A DNA stretch of 50,903 bases from Candidatus Nanopelagicales bacterium (GCA_044240165.1 JBIIAA010000001.1:1-50903), one strand, 5' to 3'. Shown: positions 39,371 to 48,526, numbered from the stretch's first letter. Numbers and translations: made by a program. Notes: generated from the sequence alone by a model not told the origin.

Positions 39371-39928
39371 TTATTCGAAGGAAACGGTAGGAGCGTTGCG
39401 ATCCGCTTCTTCTGGGACCTCGTAGAACTCACGAGCGCTCACGCTTGCCATGCCAACAAAGAACTTCGTAGGGAGCGTCACGATCGCAGTGTTCAGTGAA
39501 CGAACCGAGTCGTTGTAGAACTGACGAGAGAAGGCGACCTTGTTTTCAGTTGAGGAGAGTTCTTCTTGCAGCGACAAGAAATTCGCTGAGGCCTTGAGAT
39601 CGGGATAGGCCTCCGCGACCATGAGCAAGCCACGAAGGGCTTGGGTCAATTGACCATCGGCAGCGGCAACCTCAGCGACACCGTTTGCATGTTCTGCGGC
39701 AGCGCGAGCAGCGGTCACCTTTTCGAAGGTGCCACTTTCATGGGCGGCGTAGCCCTTGACTGTGCTCACCAAGTTCGGGATCAAGTCGCTGCGACGCTTG
39801 AGCTGCACTTCAATCTGAGCAAAGGCTTCATCCACCGCGACATTGGCGCTGACCAACCGGTTATAGGCGGAAACAACGTAAATGACGACAATGACAACAA
39901 CGACTGCGAGAGCTATCCAAATCCACAT
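39371..39928 (-). CDS. lemA: LemA-family membrane protein
   Basis: N-terminal TM helix followed by YNRLV...QIEVQLKRRSDLIPNLV, a typical LemA sequence. Confidence 0.9.
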   Translation of the reverse strand: MWIWIALAVVVVIVVIYVVSAYNRLVSANVAVDEAFAQIEVQLKRRSDLIPNLVSTVKGYAAHESGTFEKVTAARAAAEHANGVAEVAAADGQLTQALRGLLMVAEAYPDLKASANFLSLQEELSSTENKVAFSRQFYNDSVRSLNTAIVTLPTKFFVGMASVSAREFYEVPEEADRNAPTVSFE

Positions 39929-39987
39929 GTCTGCATCGTACCTTTGATTTGGAGAATTAAGCGATGATCAAAATTGTGCCTAGCCGG

Positions 39988-40437
39988 CTAGACGTCTTGA
40001 CCGGCATCCAATTGCGCAAGTTGCTCGACGCGAGCCTCATGTCGGCCACCTTCAAAGGCGGTGGTTAGAAACGCTTGGACTGCCGCCAAGGCAGCTTCTG
40101 GCTCCGTGACTCGCTCACCGAAACAAGCCACATTGGCGTTGTTGTGGCGTCGGGTCATTTCTGCGTCTTGTACGTCGCGAATGATCCCTGCTCGCACTCC
40201 AGGGACCTTGTTGGCGGCCATACACACGCCCTGGCCACTGCCACAGACGGCGATCCCGAACTCGGCCTTGCCAGCAACCACCGCGCGCCCCACTTCAGCG
40301 CCAAAGTGCGGGTAGTCGACTCGCTCAGCCGAATAGGCACCGAGATCGAGCACTTCGTAGCCGTGCTCAAGGAGCCAACCACGAAGCTCTTCCTTCAACA
40401 CGAAACCCGCATGGTCTGAACCAACAGCAACAATCAT
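39988..40437 (-). CDS. rpiB: Ribose-5-phosphate isomerase B
   Basis: MIVAVGSDHAGF... and CGSGQGVCMAANK are present. I chose ATG 40437 so that it does not overlap the upstream stop. Confidence 0.9.
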   Translation of the reverse strand: MIVAVGSDHAGFVLKEELRGWLLEHGYEVLDLGAYSAERVDYPHFGAEVGRAVVAGKAEFGIAVCGSGQGVCMAANKVPGVRAGIIRDVQDAEMTRRHNNANVACFGERVTEPEAALAAVQAFLTTAFEGGRHEARVEQLAQLDAGQDV

Positions 40438-40441
40438 GACT

Positions 40442-42538
40442 TCAGAGTAATGGAGCGCCAAGCTGTGGCATTGGTGCAGGTGTAGTGATTGTTAGCCCAC
40501 TGCGAGAAATTGTTACTCCTGCAGCAGTGATCGCAACCGGCACGGATTCACCAACTGAATGCGGCATAAAGACGGTCACGAGTGCCTGACGCACGCCCTG
40601 TTTTGGAATCGGCACCTGACGATTCACTACTTGGCCGGGTAGCTTTTCTCCCCAAGCGCCAGTGAACCATCCTTGTTTGCCGCCTGGCTTGGCGCGATCC
40701 ACAACCCAGCCGTCAGTTCCCGACTTCACAATGTCCATGCGCTTATCGCCCTTAGACAACACCAACGTGGTGCCTTCATATCCGGTGTCAACACCCGGCG
40801 GCACTTGCCAACGTTGCCAAGTGAAACGACCCTTAGCTTTTTTCCCACCGGCAGCGGCATTCACATAGTCAGTAACAATCATCGCGTCGACGCTGCGCAC
40901 ATATTGAGTGCACCGCGTCAGGGTGACGGTTTTCCAAGTGTTGTCTTGCACGCAGGAAGTGTCGTTACCGCCAGTTGCCCAATCACTGGCCGCTACGACT
41001 TTTTTAACTCCCGACCACTTACTGCGTGTCACTTTGCCGACGGTGAGTGCTGAATGTGCTGCGCGAGTCTTCAGGAAAGCGCGTAATGGATCACTGTTTT
41101 CGTAGCGGAAGGGCCCGGGATCGCCGATCCATGCGACTCCCTTTGAATACAACGTCAAACCAGTTCCATCATCATGGGTATGCGCTGTGCCAGGTCGTGT
41201 TGAGCTGTAGCGCAAGGAGTAATAACTGTCTGGCATTCCCGGTTGTGGTTGCCAACCTGCACGGCCAAAGATGTAGCCGCCGTCATAGACCGAATAGATC
41301 GGAGCCGGTGGAGTACCTGACTTGCCTGCAGTTCGTACCCATTCGGCTTGACCATCGGCTGCGCCGAACGTTCCTCTCAACGAGGTACTTATTCCATCGC
41401 CGAGTGACTCAATTAAAAAGTCCGGGCGAATCGCTTGCGAAACAAAATCATAAAGTCTGTTGCGCAGCGCTGGGATTGGATCTGCAGGCATGCCACAAGT
41501 TGCGGCTGCTGATTGAACCGCAGTTAAGAGTTGTTCGATGTAGACCGCATAACTTGGCGAGCCTTCAACGTCACTGCCATCCGGCTGAATAACGCCGTTG
41601 GCGATTGATACCAAGTTCGCCCACGCTTTATCGCGCGCTGGCCAATCCGACGTCCAACAGAAAGCTGCAAGCGCGCCAGTTTGCCGAATCAAATCGGTGT
41701 TGTTGGTTCCGATCGCAATTTCCTTTGCCCCCGCATTGGACTTCACCATTGTTTGCGCGTCACGAATCGCAGCAGCCGCAATTGTTGGATCGTTCAACGT
41801 TTGCGCAGCACATACGAGAGTTTGAGTGCGTAAGCCTCCGTAGATTGATGAGTCAACCCACGATCCGCGCTTGCCCTGATGATCCGCAATCCAATACAAC
41901 ATGATTTGGCGAAAGCGATCGACCATCGCCTGGTTTTGCACTTGCACGCCACGAAAGAGAAGCGGCAAGGCCCAGTTCAAAGAGTTCACGTGACGGTCAC
42001 CGGAAGTGTCTGACGTTGCTTGTGGTTTCCAGTCTGGATGTTCCGTCAAGCGATACGTGCCGGGTTTACCGAAATTAATAGTGCCTGTCGACAGAAGTTG
42101 CTGGGCGGCAACTCGCTCTTTTGATGCTGATGTCTGTGGAAACAACGGGCGACACCAACTGCCTAGTGCTGCTGGCATTGCGATTAGTGGGGTTGCGGGC
42201 ACTGCCGTCGCGCCAGGAGTTACTGAAACGGAAGGCGCTGGCGTGACGCTTGCTGAAACCGTCGGCGCTGGCGTGGCAGTCGCGGTAGAAGAGCGCACAG
42301 GTGTTGGAGCCACTGTCGGCGTTGCACTTGGTGTTGTCGTCGGTGCCACTGTGACTGCTGGTGTCACTGAGGGAGTAGGTGCGGCAGAGGCGGCCGGTGA
42401 AGTTGATGGTGCTGGTGTTTCCGCAGCCTGGGCAGGAAGTGCAGTGAGCGCCACAGCAAAAGCTGAGACTGCTATCGCAGAATTCAGGGCGAAACGAGAC
42501 GCACGGCTTTGGGGAAGCATTCGACCATCATCACCCAT
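40442..42538 (-). CDS. Secreted heparinase II/III-family (polysaccharide lyase-like) protein with Pro/Thr/Ala-rich linker
   Basis: Signal peptide, ~90 aa PT-rich linker, then the motif GTAHTHDDGTGLTLYSKG typical of the heparinase II/III C-terminal domain. Confidence 0.7.
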   Translation of the reverse strand: MGDDGRMLPQSRASRFALNSAIAVSAFAVALTALPAQAAETPAPSTSPAASAAPTPSVTPAVTVAPTTTPSATPTVAPTPVRSSTATATPAPTVSASVTPAPSVSVTPGATAVPATPLIAMPAALGSWCRPLFPQTSASKERVAAQQLLSTGTINFGKPGTYRLTEHPDWKPQATSDTSGDRHVNSLNWALPLLFRGVQVQNQAMVDRFRQIMLYWIADHQGKRGSWVDSSIYGGLRTQTLVCAAQTLNDPTIAAAAIRDAQTMVKSNAGAKEIAIGTNNTDLIRQTGALAAFCWTSDWPARDKAWANLVSIANGVIQPDGSDVEGSPSYAVYIEQLLTAVQSAAATCGMPADPIPALRNRLYDFVSQAIRPDFLIESLGDGISTSLRGTFGAADGQAEWVRTAGKSGTPPAPIYSVYDGGYIFGRAGWQPQPGMPDSYYSLRYSSTRPGTAHTHDDGTGLTLYSKGVAWIGDPGPFRYENSDPLRAFLKTRAAHSALTVGKVTRSKWSGVKKVVAASDWATGGNDTSCVQDNTWKTVTLTRCTQYVRSVDAMIVTDYVNAAAGGKKAKGRFTWQRWQVPPGVDTGYEGTTLVLSKGDKRMDIVKSGTDGWVVDRAKPGGKQGWFTGAWGEKLPGQVVNRQVPIPKQGVRQALVTVFMPHSVGESVPVAITAAGVTISRSGLTITTPAPMPQLGAPLL

Positions 42539-42553
42539 GATCCGGTGAATTCG

Positions 42554-43492
42554 TCAATTCCTCGGTAACGAGTTGTTATCAATTCGCGTCATCGCTGCTT
42601 GCTGTGATGGTGAAGTTGGTCCCAATGCAAATGCGAGCGTTCCCAGCATTGCCCTGACGGCAGGACGGGCAATCGCGCTGGGCACTCGAGGCAGTCCCAG
42701 CATCTCTAGATGTTGAGGCGCCATTGTGGATAGTGCACCTAAAAGAAGTGCCGCGTACGGCCCCTGAGCCGCAAACGGCAGCGGTGGCTTGCGAATGAAT
42801 GCGGCGGTTTCCTTGGCTTCAACACTCGTACACAGCTGTGATTCATAGTCCGCCATTTGGCTGCGAAGTTCGGCTACTGAACGAGGGGGATTTTCGACGC
42901 CAACAAGTTCGCCAGCTTTCGCCCATTCGCGCACATAAGCATCCGGGCCGCCAGGAATCTCGCCGCCCCAAACTAAATGTGTAGCGAGAAAAGAATCAGT
43001 GAACGCAATGTGCACCCAACGCAGCAAGTCAGGATCGGTGGCATCGTAAGGAAACTCAACGCCATTGACCGTGTACACGCCATTGACTCGACGATGCAGC
43101 CCGCGAACACGAGCGCATTCACGATCCGCCTGAGCCTTGTCACCAAACGTCACAACAGTGAGCCATTGCGTGGTTCCAGCGAGCCGACCAAGTGCGTCTT
43201 CTTCATAACGCGAATGTTGCATCACGCCAGCTAGGGCCGCCGGATGCAAAGCCTGCATCAACAACGCACGAACGCCACCGACCAAGGTTGGCAAGCCTCC
43301 GTGCACTGCCCAAGGCGCAGAATCGGGGCCAAAGTAACCGACATCATCACCTTCGCGCATTTGCGAAACCCACTCGGGAACACCTGTGGGATCACCCGAA
43401 ACGATACGACGAAACCCTGCGGCTGCGCGTTCTCTCAAGGGAGTGATCACGCTGTCTATGGGGTTCATACCCATAGCCTGCCGCAGGGCCAA
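42554..43492 (-). CDS. MpaB/DUF2236-family oxygenase-like protein
   Basis: GPDSAPWAVHGGLPTLVGGVRALLMQALHPAALAGVMQHS matches the DUF2236 core as I remember it. Confidence 0.65.
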   Translation of the reverse strand: MALRQAMGMNPIDSVITPLRERAAAGFRRIVSGDPTGVPEWVSQMREGDDVGYFGPDSAPWAVHGGLPTLVGGVRALLMQALHPAALAGVMQHSRYEEDALGRLAGTTQWLTVVTFGDKAQADRECARVRGLHRRVNGVYTVNGVEFPYDATDPDLLRWVHIAFTDSFLATHLVWGGEIPGGPDAYVREWAKAGELVGVENPPRSVAELRSQMADYESQLCTSVEAKETAAFIRKPPLPFAAQGPYAALLLGALSTMAPQHLEMLGLPRVPSAIARPAVRAMLGTLAFALGPTSPSQQAAMTRIDNNSLPRN

Positions 43493-43497
43493 TTCGT

Positions 43498-44682
43498 CTA
43501 TGCCTTCGAGGCCGTTAAATTCAACGGAAGGGTCAGTGTTTGATCCCCACGCTTGATGGTGAGTTGCACTCGATCACCTGGGGCGAAGGAGCGAACCGTG
43601 ACAATCAGTTGGGTACCGTCAGTAATTAATTGACCGTTGATCTTGGTGATCACGTCGCCAATCTGAAGACCTGCTTGATCGGCCGCCCCACCCTTCGTCA
43701 CGGTCGAAACCTTGCCGCCCGGACCATCGAAGTTCATCGCAAGTTGCACGCCGATGATTGGAGTGCTCGCCGATCCAGTCTTGATGATCTCGTCAGCAAT
43801 GCGTTTCGCGGTATCAATTGGAATTGAGAAACCCAAGCCGATCGAACCCGCTTCTCCAGCGCCAGTTGCTAACGATGCAATAGCGGAGTTCACGCCAACC
43901 ACTGCTCCGTTGCCGTTGACGAGTGGCCCACCCGAGTTTCCAGGATTAATTGCCGCATCAGTTTGGATCGCGTTGATGAACGATTCAGCACCTGCCGTCA
44001 CCGGACGATTCAGCGAGCTGACGATGCCTGATGTCACTGTGCCCTGCAAGCCAAGTGGGGAACCAAGGGCGATGACTGTGTCACCTACGCGCAAGGTTGA
44101 TGACTTACCCAATGGCACAGTCTTCAATCCGGTTTTGTCGACCTTCACAACTGCAAGGTCATAGCCAGCATTAGCGCCAACAAGTTTGCCCTTGGCCGTG
44201 CTGCCATCGGCGAACAGCACGTCGATGCCATTTTCCGTAGCCGACCCAGCCACGTGGTTGTTCGTGATGATGTAACCATCGCTACTAATGATGAATCCTG
44301 AACCCGTGCCTTCACCTTCCGCGCCGTTCACGTTGAGTTGAACGACCGCCGGCTGAACTGCCGCTGCAACGTCCGCAATTGAGCCATTAGCTGGAAGTGA
44401 CGGTGAATCTGCGAACACCGAAGTAGCAGTAACTGAAGTGGCTACAGGAAGCGTCTCTCGGGCTGCGATAAAACCAACGGCACCGCCAGCTGCACCTGCA
44501 ACGAGTCCGGTGACGATAAATCCGGCGAACATCAAAGAAGTGCGATTACGCTTCTTTTCCGGAATCACCATCGGTTGATACTGAAAGCCTTGAATTGTTG
44601 ACTCAACTGGGGTGAACGGTGGAATTGGAGTAGACACTGAGTCTCCTTCATCTGGTGAAGTCATGTATCTATCAGACACCAA
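43498..44682 (-). CDS. htrA: HtrA/DegP-type S1C serine protease with PDZ domain
   Basis: TM anchor, TNNHV (His), GNSGGPL (Ser), and a C-terminal PDZ (GLQIGDVITKINGQ). The start is either TTG 44682 or ATG 44664. Confidence 0.85.
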   Translation of the reverse strand: MVSDRYMTSPDEGDSVSTPIPPFTPVESTIQGFQYQPMVIPEKKRNRTSLMFAGFIVTGLVAGAAGGAVGFIAARETLPVATSVTATSVFADSPSLPANGSIADVAAAVQPAVVQLNVNGAEGEGTGSGFIISSDGYIITNNHVAGSATENGIDVLFADGSTAKGKLVGANAGYDLAVVKVDKTGLKTVPLGKSSTLRVGDTVIALGSPLGLQGTVTSGIVSSLNRPVTAGAESFINAIQTDAAINPGNSGGPLVNGNGAVVGVNSAIASLATGAGEAGSIGLGFSIPIDTAKRIADEIIKTGSASTPIIGVQLAMNFDGPGGKVSTVTKGGAADQAGLQIGDVITKINGQLITDGTQLIVTVRSFAPGDRVQLTIKRGDQTLTLPLNLTASKA

Positions 44683-44763
44683 GATCGATCGATTCGTTCC
44701 ATTGGTGCCATCAAATGGCCGAGTCCTGACTTACTTCTTACAAAGGCCAGATTGAATAGGCAC

Positions 44764-45735
44764 ATGCGAGCCACAACTGACCCCCAAGATGCAGCTGCTG
44801 CGCTGGCTGCTGGTCACCTCGCTGCCCTGCCAACTGAGACGGTTTACGGCCTTGGCGCCCGCGCTGATGACCCGCACGCGATCGCGCGCATCTATGCCAC
44901 TAAGGGTCGGCCGGCAGATCACCCGCTTATCGCTCATCTCGCCGGTATCGAAGCGCTAGAAGCCTGGGGAATCAACATCCCTATATATGCGTATCAACTC
45001 GGCAAAGCTTTTTGGCCTGGCCCGCTCACGCTCGTAGTCAACCGATCACCGAAAGCTGCCGACTTCATCACTGGCGGGCAAGATTCAGTTGCCGTGCGAG
45101 TTTCAGCACACCCATTAATGCAAGAAGTGCAGCAGGCGCTCATCTTGCTCACTGGAGATCCAGCAATCGGCATCGCAGCACCTAGTGCCAACAGGTTTGG
45201 CAAAGTCAGCCCGACCAACGCGCAACATGTTCTCGACGAATTGGGCGCCTTCACTTCTGACGACGATGTAGTGCTTGACGGCGGTGACTGCGCGGTCGGG
45301 GTTGAATCGACCATCATTGATTGCACAGGCGACCATCCCAGGCTGCTACGCCCAGGTGCAGTCAGCCTTGAGCACGTGCAAGCAATTACTGGCCTGCCCT
45401 GCACAACTGATTCAAAGGTTCGCGCCAGCGGAACTCTGGAATCCCACTACAGCCCCATTGCCAACGTCGAACTTATTACTGAAGACGAACTACTCGATCT
45501 TGGCTTCGCGGATGCAACAGTGGGGTTGATTGCTCTGGCGCATTGCGCAACCCCAACCGGAGTCGTGCGGCTTTGTGCTCCTGAAACAGCGGCCGACTAC
45601 GCCCAGCAGCTCTACTCAGCACTAAGGGAAGCGGATGCTCTCCAACTCTCGACAGTGCTGGCTGTTCCACCAACCCAGACCGGGATCGGAGCCGCAATCG
45701 TGGACCGATTAACCAGAGCTGCCCACTCAAACTGA
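44764..45735 (+). CDS. L-threonylcarbamoyladenylate synthase (Sua5/TsaC with Sua5 C-terminal domain)
   Basis: LPTETVYGLGA, KGRPADHPL and APSANRFG motifs are present. ATG 44764 is preferred over TTG 44752. Confidence 0.85.
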   Translation: MRATTDPQDAAAALAAGHLAALPTETVYGLGARADDPHAIARIYATKGRPADHPLIAHLAGIEALEAWGINIPIYAYQLGKAFWPGPLTLVVNRSPKAADFITGGQDSVAVRVSAHPLMQEVQQALILLTGDPAIGIAAPSANRFGKVSPTNAQHVLDELGAFTSDDDVVLDGGDCAVGVESTIIDCTGDHPRLLRPGAVSLEHVQAITGLPCTTDSKVRASGTLESHYSPIANVELITEDELLDLGFADATVGLIALAHCATPTGVVRLCAPETAADYAQQLYSALREADALQLSTVLAVPPTQTGIGAAIVDRLTRAAHSN

Positions 45736-45817
45736 CCTCAGTTAGAGCATTGGCCCGCAATCCCCTATAGTTCTGAGGTCGCCAACGCACTTCTGTCGAC
45801 GGAGACACAACACATAG

Positions 45818-45890
45818 GTCCCCATCGTCTAGTGGCCTAGGACACCGCCCTTTCACGGCGGCGGCACGGGTTCGAATCCCGTTGGGGATA
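45818..45890 (+). tRNA. tRNA-Glu (anticodon UUC)
   Basis: Hand fold: acceptor GTCCCCA/TGGGGAT, anticodon arm CCGCC-CTTTCAC-GGCGG, T arm ACGGG-TTCGAAT-CCCGT. Length 73 nt. Confidence 0.9.
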
Positions 45891-45905
45891 CTGCAACACA
45901 AGTAA

Positions 45906-45982
45906 GGCCCTGTAGCGCAGTTGGTTAGCGCGCCGCCCTGTCACGGCGGAGGTCGCCGGTTCAAGTCCGGTCAGGGTCGCCA
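45906..45982 (+). tRNA. tRNA-Asp (anticodon GUC), CCA encoded
   Basis: Acceptor GGCCCTG/CAGGGTC, anticodon arm CCGCC-CTGTCAC-GGCGG, T arm GCCGG-TTCAAGT-CCGGT. Confidence 0.9.
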
Positions 45983-46028
45983 TTGGTTCAGAGGAAACTC
46001 TGAGCCTCGCGACTGGCTAGCCAGTCAA

Positions 46029-46102
46029 GGCCAGGTAGCTCAGTTGGTACGAGCGTCCGACTGAAACTCGGAAGGTCGACGGTTCGACCCCGTCCCTGGC
46101 CA
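46029..46102 (+). tRNA. tRNA-Phe (anticodon GAA), CCA not encoded
   Basis: Acceptor GGCCAGG/CCTGGCC, anticodon arm TCCGA-CTGAAAC-TCGGA, T arm GACGG-TTCGACC-CCGTC. Confidence 0.9.
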
Positions 46103-46158
46103 CTTTCTTATGCAGCGCATTCTAAGAATCAAGAACAGAAACCTAAAGTGATGAATAG

Positions 46159-47133
46159 CTAAAAAGCCCGGACCGGACGAACCTGCCGCGGGACGAGCTT
46201 GTAGCCGTTGACACGATTGCCATTGACGAAACTCTGGTTCCACGCGGCGACCGTGCCGAACTGACTCGAACTCCAGTAAAGGTCGCTAGCAAACCCGTAC
46301 GCGCCCGCAGCGAATGGACCATTCTGCGCACCTGTGCATGTACCTGTAGAAGGGGTGCCCGTCCAGGTTCGCGAGTAATTACACATCGCGTTCAACTCAT
46401 CCATGGACGGCAAGAACCAGTCCGTCAGTCCACCACCGCCGTAAGCACTCGCCATCCCAGCGGCATAGGCGCTGGAAAGCGCTCCCCCGGCGGTCATGCG
46501 GGCTTTAATCGCTGCCGTATTCGCCGAACCCATCCCTACCGCCTCAGAAGCAGTTGAACTTGCAGCCTGGGCACCAGTTGTTCCTGGGTACACGCCATTC
46601 GTTTGGCAGTCTTGGTCGGCGGTGCTGAGCCCAGAGGCGTAACAAAAAGCTGCCGTGGTCGTCCAAATTTGTGCCGAATCACTGCTTCCACCACCCCACG
46701 TCTTCGGGGCCATCTCATAGGTCAAACCGCCAGAGATTAGGAACACCAAACCACCACCAGGACCGTTTTCACCCAGGGCATATGTCCGGGCAGAAGAAGA
46801 TCCACCGGCAACAGGGGTCTTAGCCCAGGTGATGCTCCTGCCGCATGTCCAACCACCCTTACCGTTGTTTGCCCACTGCTCCCATGACGGGTACCAACTT
46901 GAGTCTGTCCCCCAACTGGCTTGCCACGGTGTTTCACCCACCTGCGCGGCACACGCCTCACTTTGGCTCACCCGCCCATACGACTGGTACTGCACCGAAT
47001 CAGCCGAAGCCACATTCGCACCAAACAACATGCCCGCAACCACCACCAACGCTGACAAGGTGGCAAGGAAAGTCTTGGAACGAACAGGTTTCACAACCGC
47101 CACCACGAACTTCCCATCACTGGAGAAACCCAA
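46159..47133 (-). CDS. Secreted DUF1566 (Lcl C-terminal domain)-type protein
   Basis: Signal/anchor LATLSALVVVAGMLFGANVASA. The C-terminus DWFLPSMDELNAM...YWSSSQ...AWNQSFVNG...VRPVRAF fits the DUF1566 pattern. The true start may be the internal GTG (VKPVRSK). Confidence 0.7.
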   Translation of the reverse strand: MGFSSDGKFVVAVVKPVRSKTFLATLSALVVVAGMLFGANVASADSVQYQSYGRVSQSEACAAQVGETPWQASWGTDSSWYPSWEQWANNGKGGWTCGRSITWAKTPVAGGSSSARTYALGENGPGGGLVFLISGGLTYEMAPKTWGGGSSDSAQIWTTTAAFCYASGLSTADQDCQTNGVYPGTTGAQAASSTASEAVGMGSANTAAIKARMTAGGALSSAYAAGMASAYGGGGLTDWFLPSMDELNAMCNYSRTWTGTPSTGTCTGAQNGPFAAGAYGFASDLYWSSSQFGTVAAWNQSFVNGNRVNGYKLVPRQVRPVRAF

Positions 47134-47283
47134 CCCAGCGAAAAGAAGTCCTCACCGAGTGCGAAACGAGGTACACGTGCACGCCCGAGCGCTGCGACGC
47201 GGGAACGGTAAAGACAACACGATTGACAATAGCAGAACAATGGGACGGAAGTACCCGAAATAGGGCCTTTAAGTACGGGTTTC

Positions 47284-47305
47284 ATGTGCACGGAATGTGC
47301 ACAGA
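47284..47305. repeat. Tandem 11-nt direct repeat ATGTGCACGGA / ATGTGCACAGA
   Basis: Seen directly, 10 of 11 positions identical. It lies ~150-170 nt upstream of the 46159..47133 gene start. Confidence 0.8.
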
Positions 47306-47399
47306 CTCTGCAGGACCCAAACGAACCGTGAGGGACTCACAAGACACCACCACTGACTCTGTATGACTGAATAGACCTATCTATATGGTGCGTACCCAT

Positions 47400-47444
47400 C
47401 TGAAACTCGGAAGGTCGCCGGTTCGACCCCGGCCCTGGCCACCA
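47400..47444 (+). repeat. Truncated copy of the tRNA-Phe 3' half (anticodon loop to discriminator plus CCA); att-like direct repeat
   Basis: CTGAAACTCGGAAGGTCGCCGGTTCGACCCCGGCCCTGGCCA is 40/42 identical to 46061..46102. The 5' arm of the anticodon stem and everything upstream are absent. Confidence 0.85.
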
Positions 47445-47520
47445 CTACATGAATCGCATGCCAATCGCTGGCCTACCAATAAACCGACTAAAAATCTGAA
47501 GTGTTCAATAGATGAAGTAA

Positions 47521-48089
47521 TCAGAAAGACCGGATAGGAAGAACTCCATGCGTGGAGGGCTTTACATCGTTGCTCGCGTAGCCGCCGCCAATACTCCAGA
47601 ACCACGCGATGTCTCCGCGGTCCGGGTACTGCGTTGAACCCCAGTAGTAGATGCTAGGGAAACCACTGCGCAACGTACCGGTGCCGTCGCACTGCACGGC
47701 TCGATCCACAGTTGCAGTGGATTGATCGCGTGCGTACTTACACACTTGGTTGAGTTCATCCTGTGACGGCAAGAACCAGTCGGAGTATCCACCAGCAGTG
47801 GCAGTGGTGCGAGGAAGCCCATGACAATTGCAACGATCACTGCGTAACGACGTCCACCCAATAAGGCGGCAGCAATGCCTACAATTGCCGGAATGGAAGC
47901 CCAAGTTGCCGCGCCTTGAGGTTTGCCGGTGCCCGCCCAGGTAATGAGCAACATGACAATTGAGGGTAGGAAAACCAACGCGGTCACGGCTGCCACCAAT
48001 TTCAGGCGACGTTCGACCGGCATCTTCACTGCCTTACTGGGCGCAGTGGTAGCCGTGTTTGGGGTCTTGCCCGAGTCAGGAGTCGTCAT
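47521..48089 (-). pseudogene. Frameshifted or chimeric gene: N-terminal 3-TM segment (frame of ORF 47562..48089) joined out of frame to a DUF1566 C-terminal module (frame of ORF 47521..47904)
   Basis: Frame A gives a convincing membrane N-terminus up to ~47816. Frame B gives GGYSDWFLPSQDELNQVCKY...YYWGSTQ...VLPIRSF from ~47805, paralogous to the end of 46159..47133. Each frame reads as junk beyond the junction. Confidence 0.5.
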
Positions 48090-48526
48090 GCGGGAAGCGT
48101 ATGGGCTGGCCGCGGTGGGAGGGTGCCTTGATGGGCCGTGTGTCTAACCGAGTCGCGCCTAACACGCGCGCGGAGCTTCGCCTGCCGACACAGACTTCAT
48201 CACGCTTTACACATCACCCATCACCCACTGTGAAGTGCCGCGGGGCGATGGAACTGGAACTCAAGCCGCGTTCGGCAGTGTTTTAACACCAGCGGTTGGT
48301 TCCAATGAAAATACCGTGCGGATGTTCGCCCATTGGGTTCGTATTTCCTGAATTTACATGCGACCGCGATAAAGGTTTAAAAACTCGCACCAGACGAAGC
48401 AGGGTCGAAATTCTTTCGATTACTCGCTTGCACTTTGGCTCTCAACAGCCGAGCACCATGTGTGCACATGAACATGCGGGTAAGTGTTGCCTACTCGCAA
48501 CAGTCGTGGCTGCTTTCCGTCAGACG

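Noticed and set aside
47400-47444. A second functional tRNA-Phe gene
   Set aside because: Only the anticodon loop through the acceptor 3' strand is present. The upstream sequence (ggtgcgtacccat) cannot form the anticodon-stem 5' arm, the D arm or the acceptor 5' strand.
47806-47904. Cys-rich N-terminus (GNCRHCCRL...CNCH) of ORF 47521..47904 as a possible zinc-ribbon
   Set aside because: This stretch is the out-of-frame reading of a clear transmembrane segment in the overlapping frame, so it is most likely non-coding in this frame.
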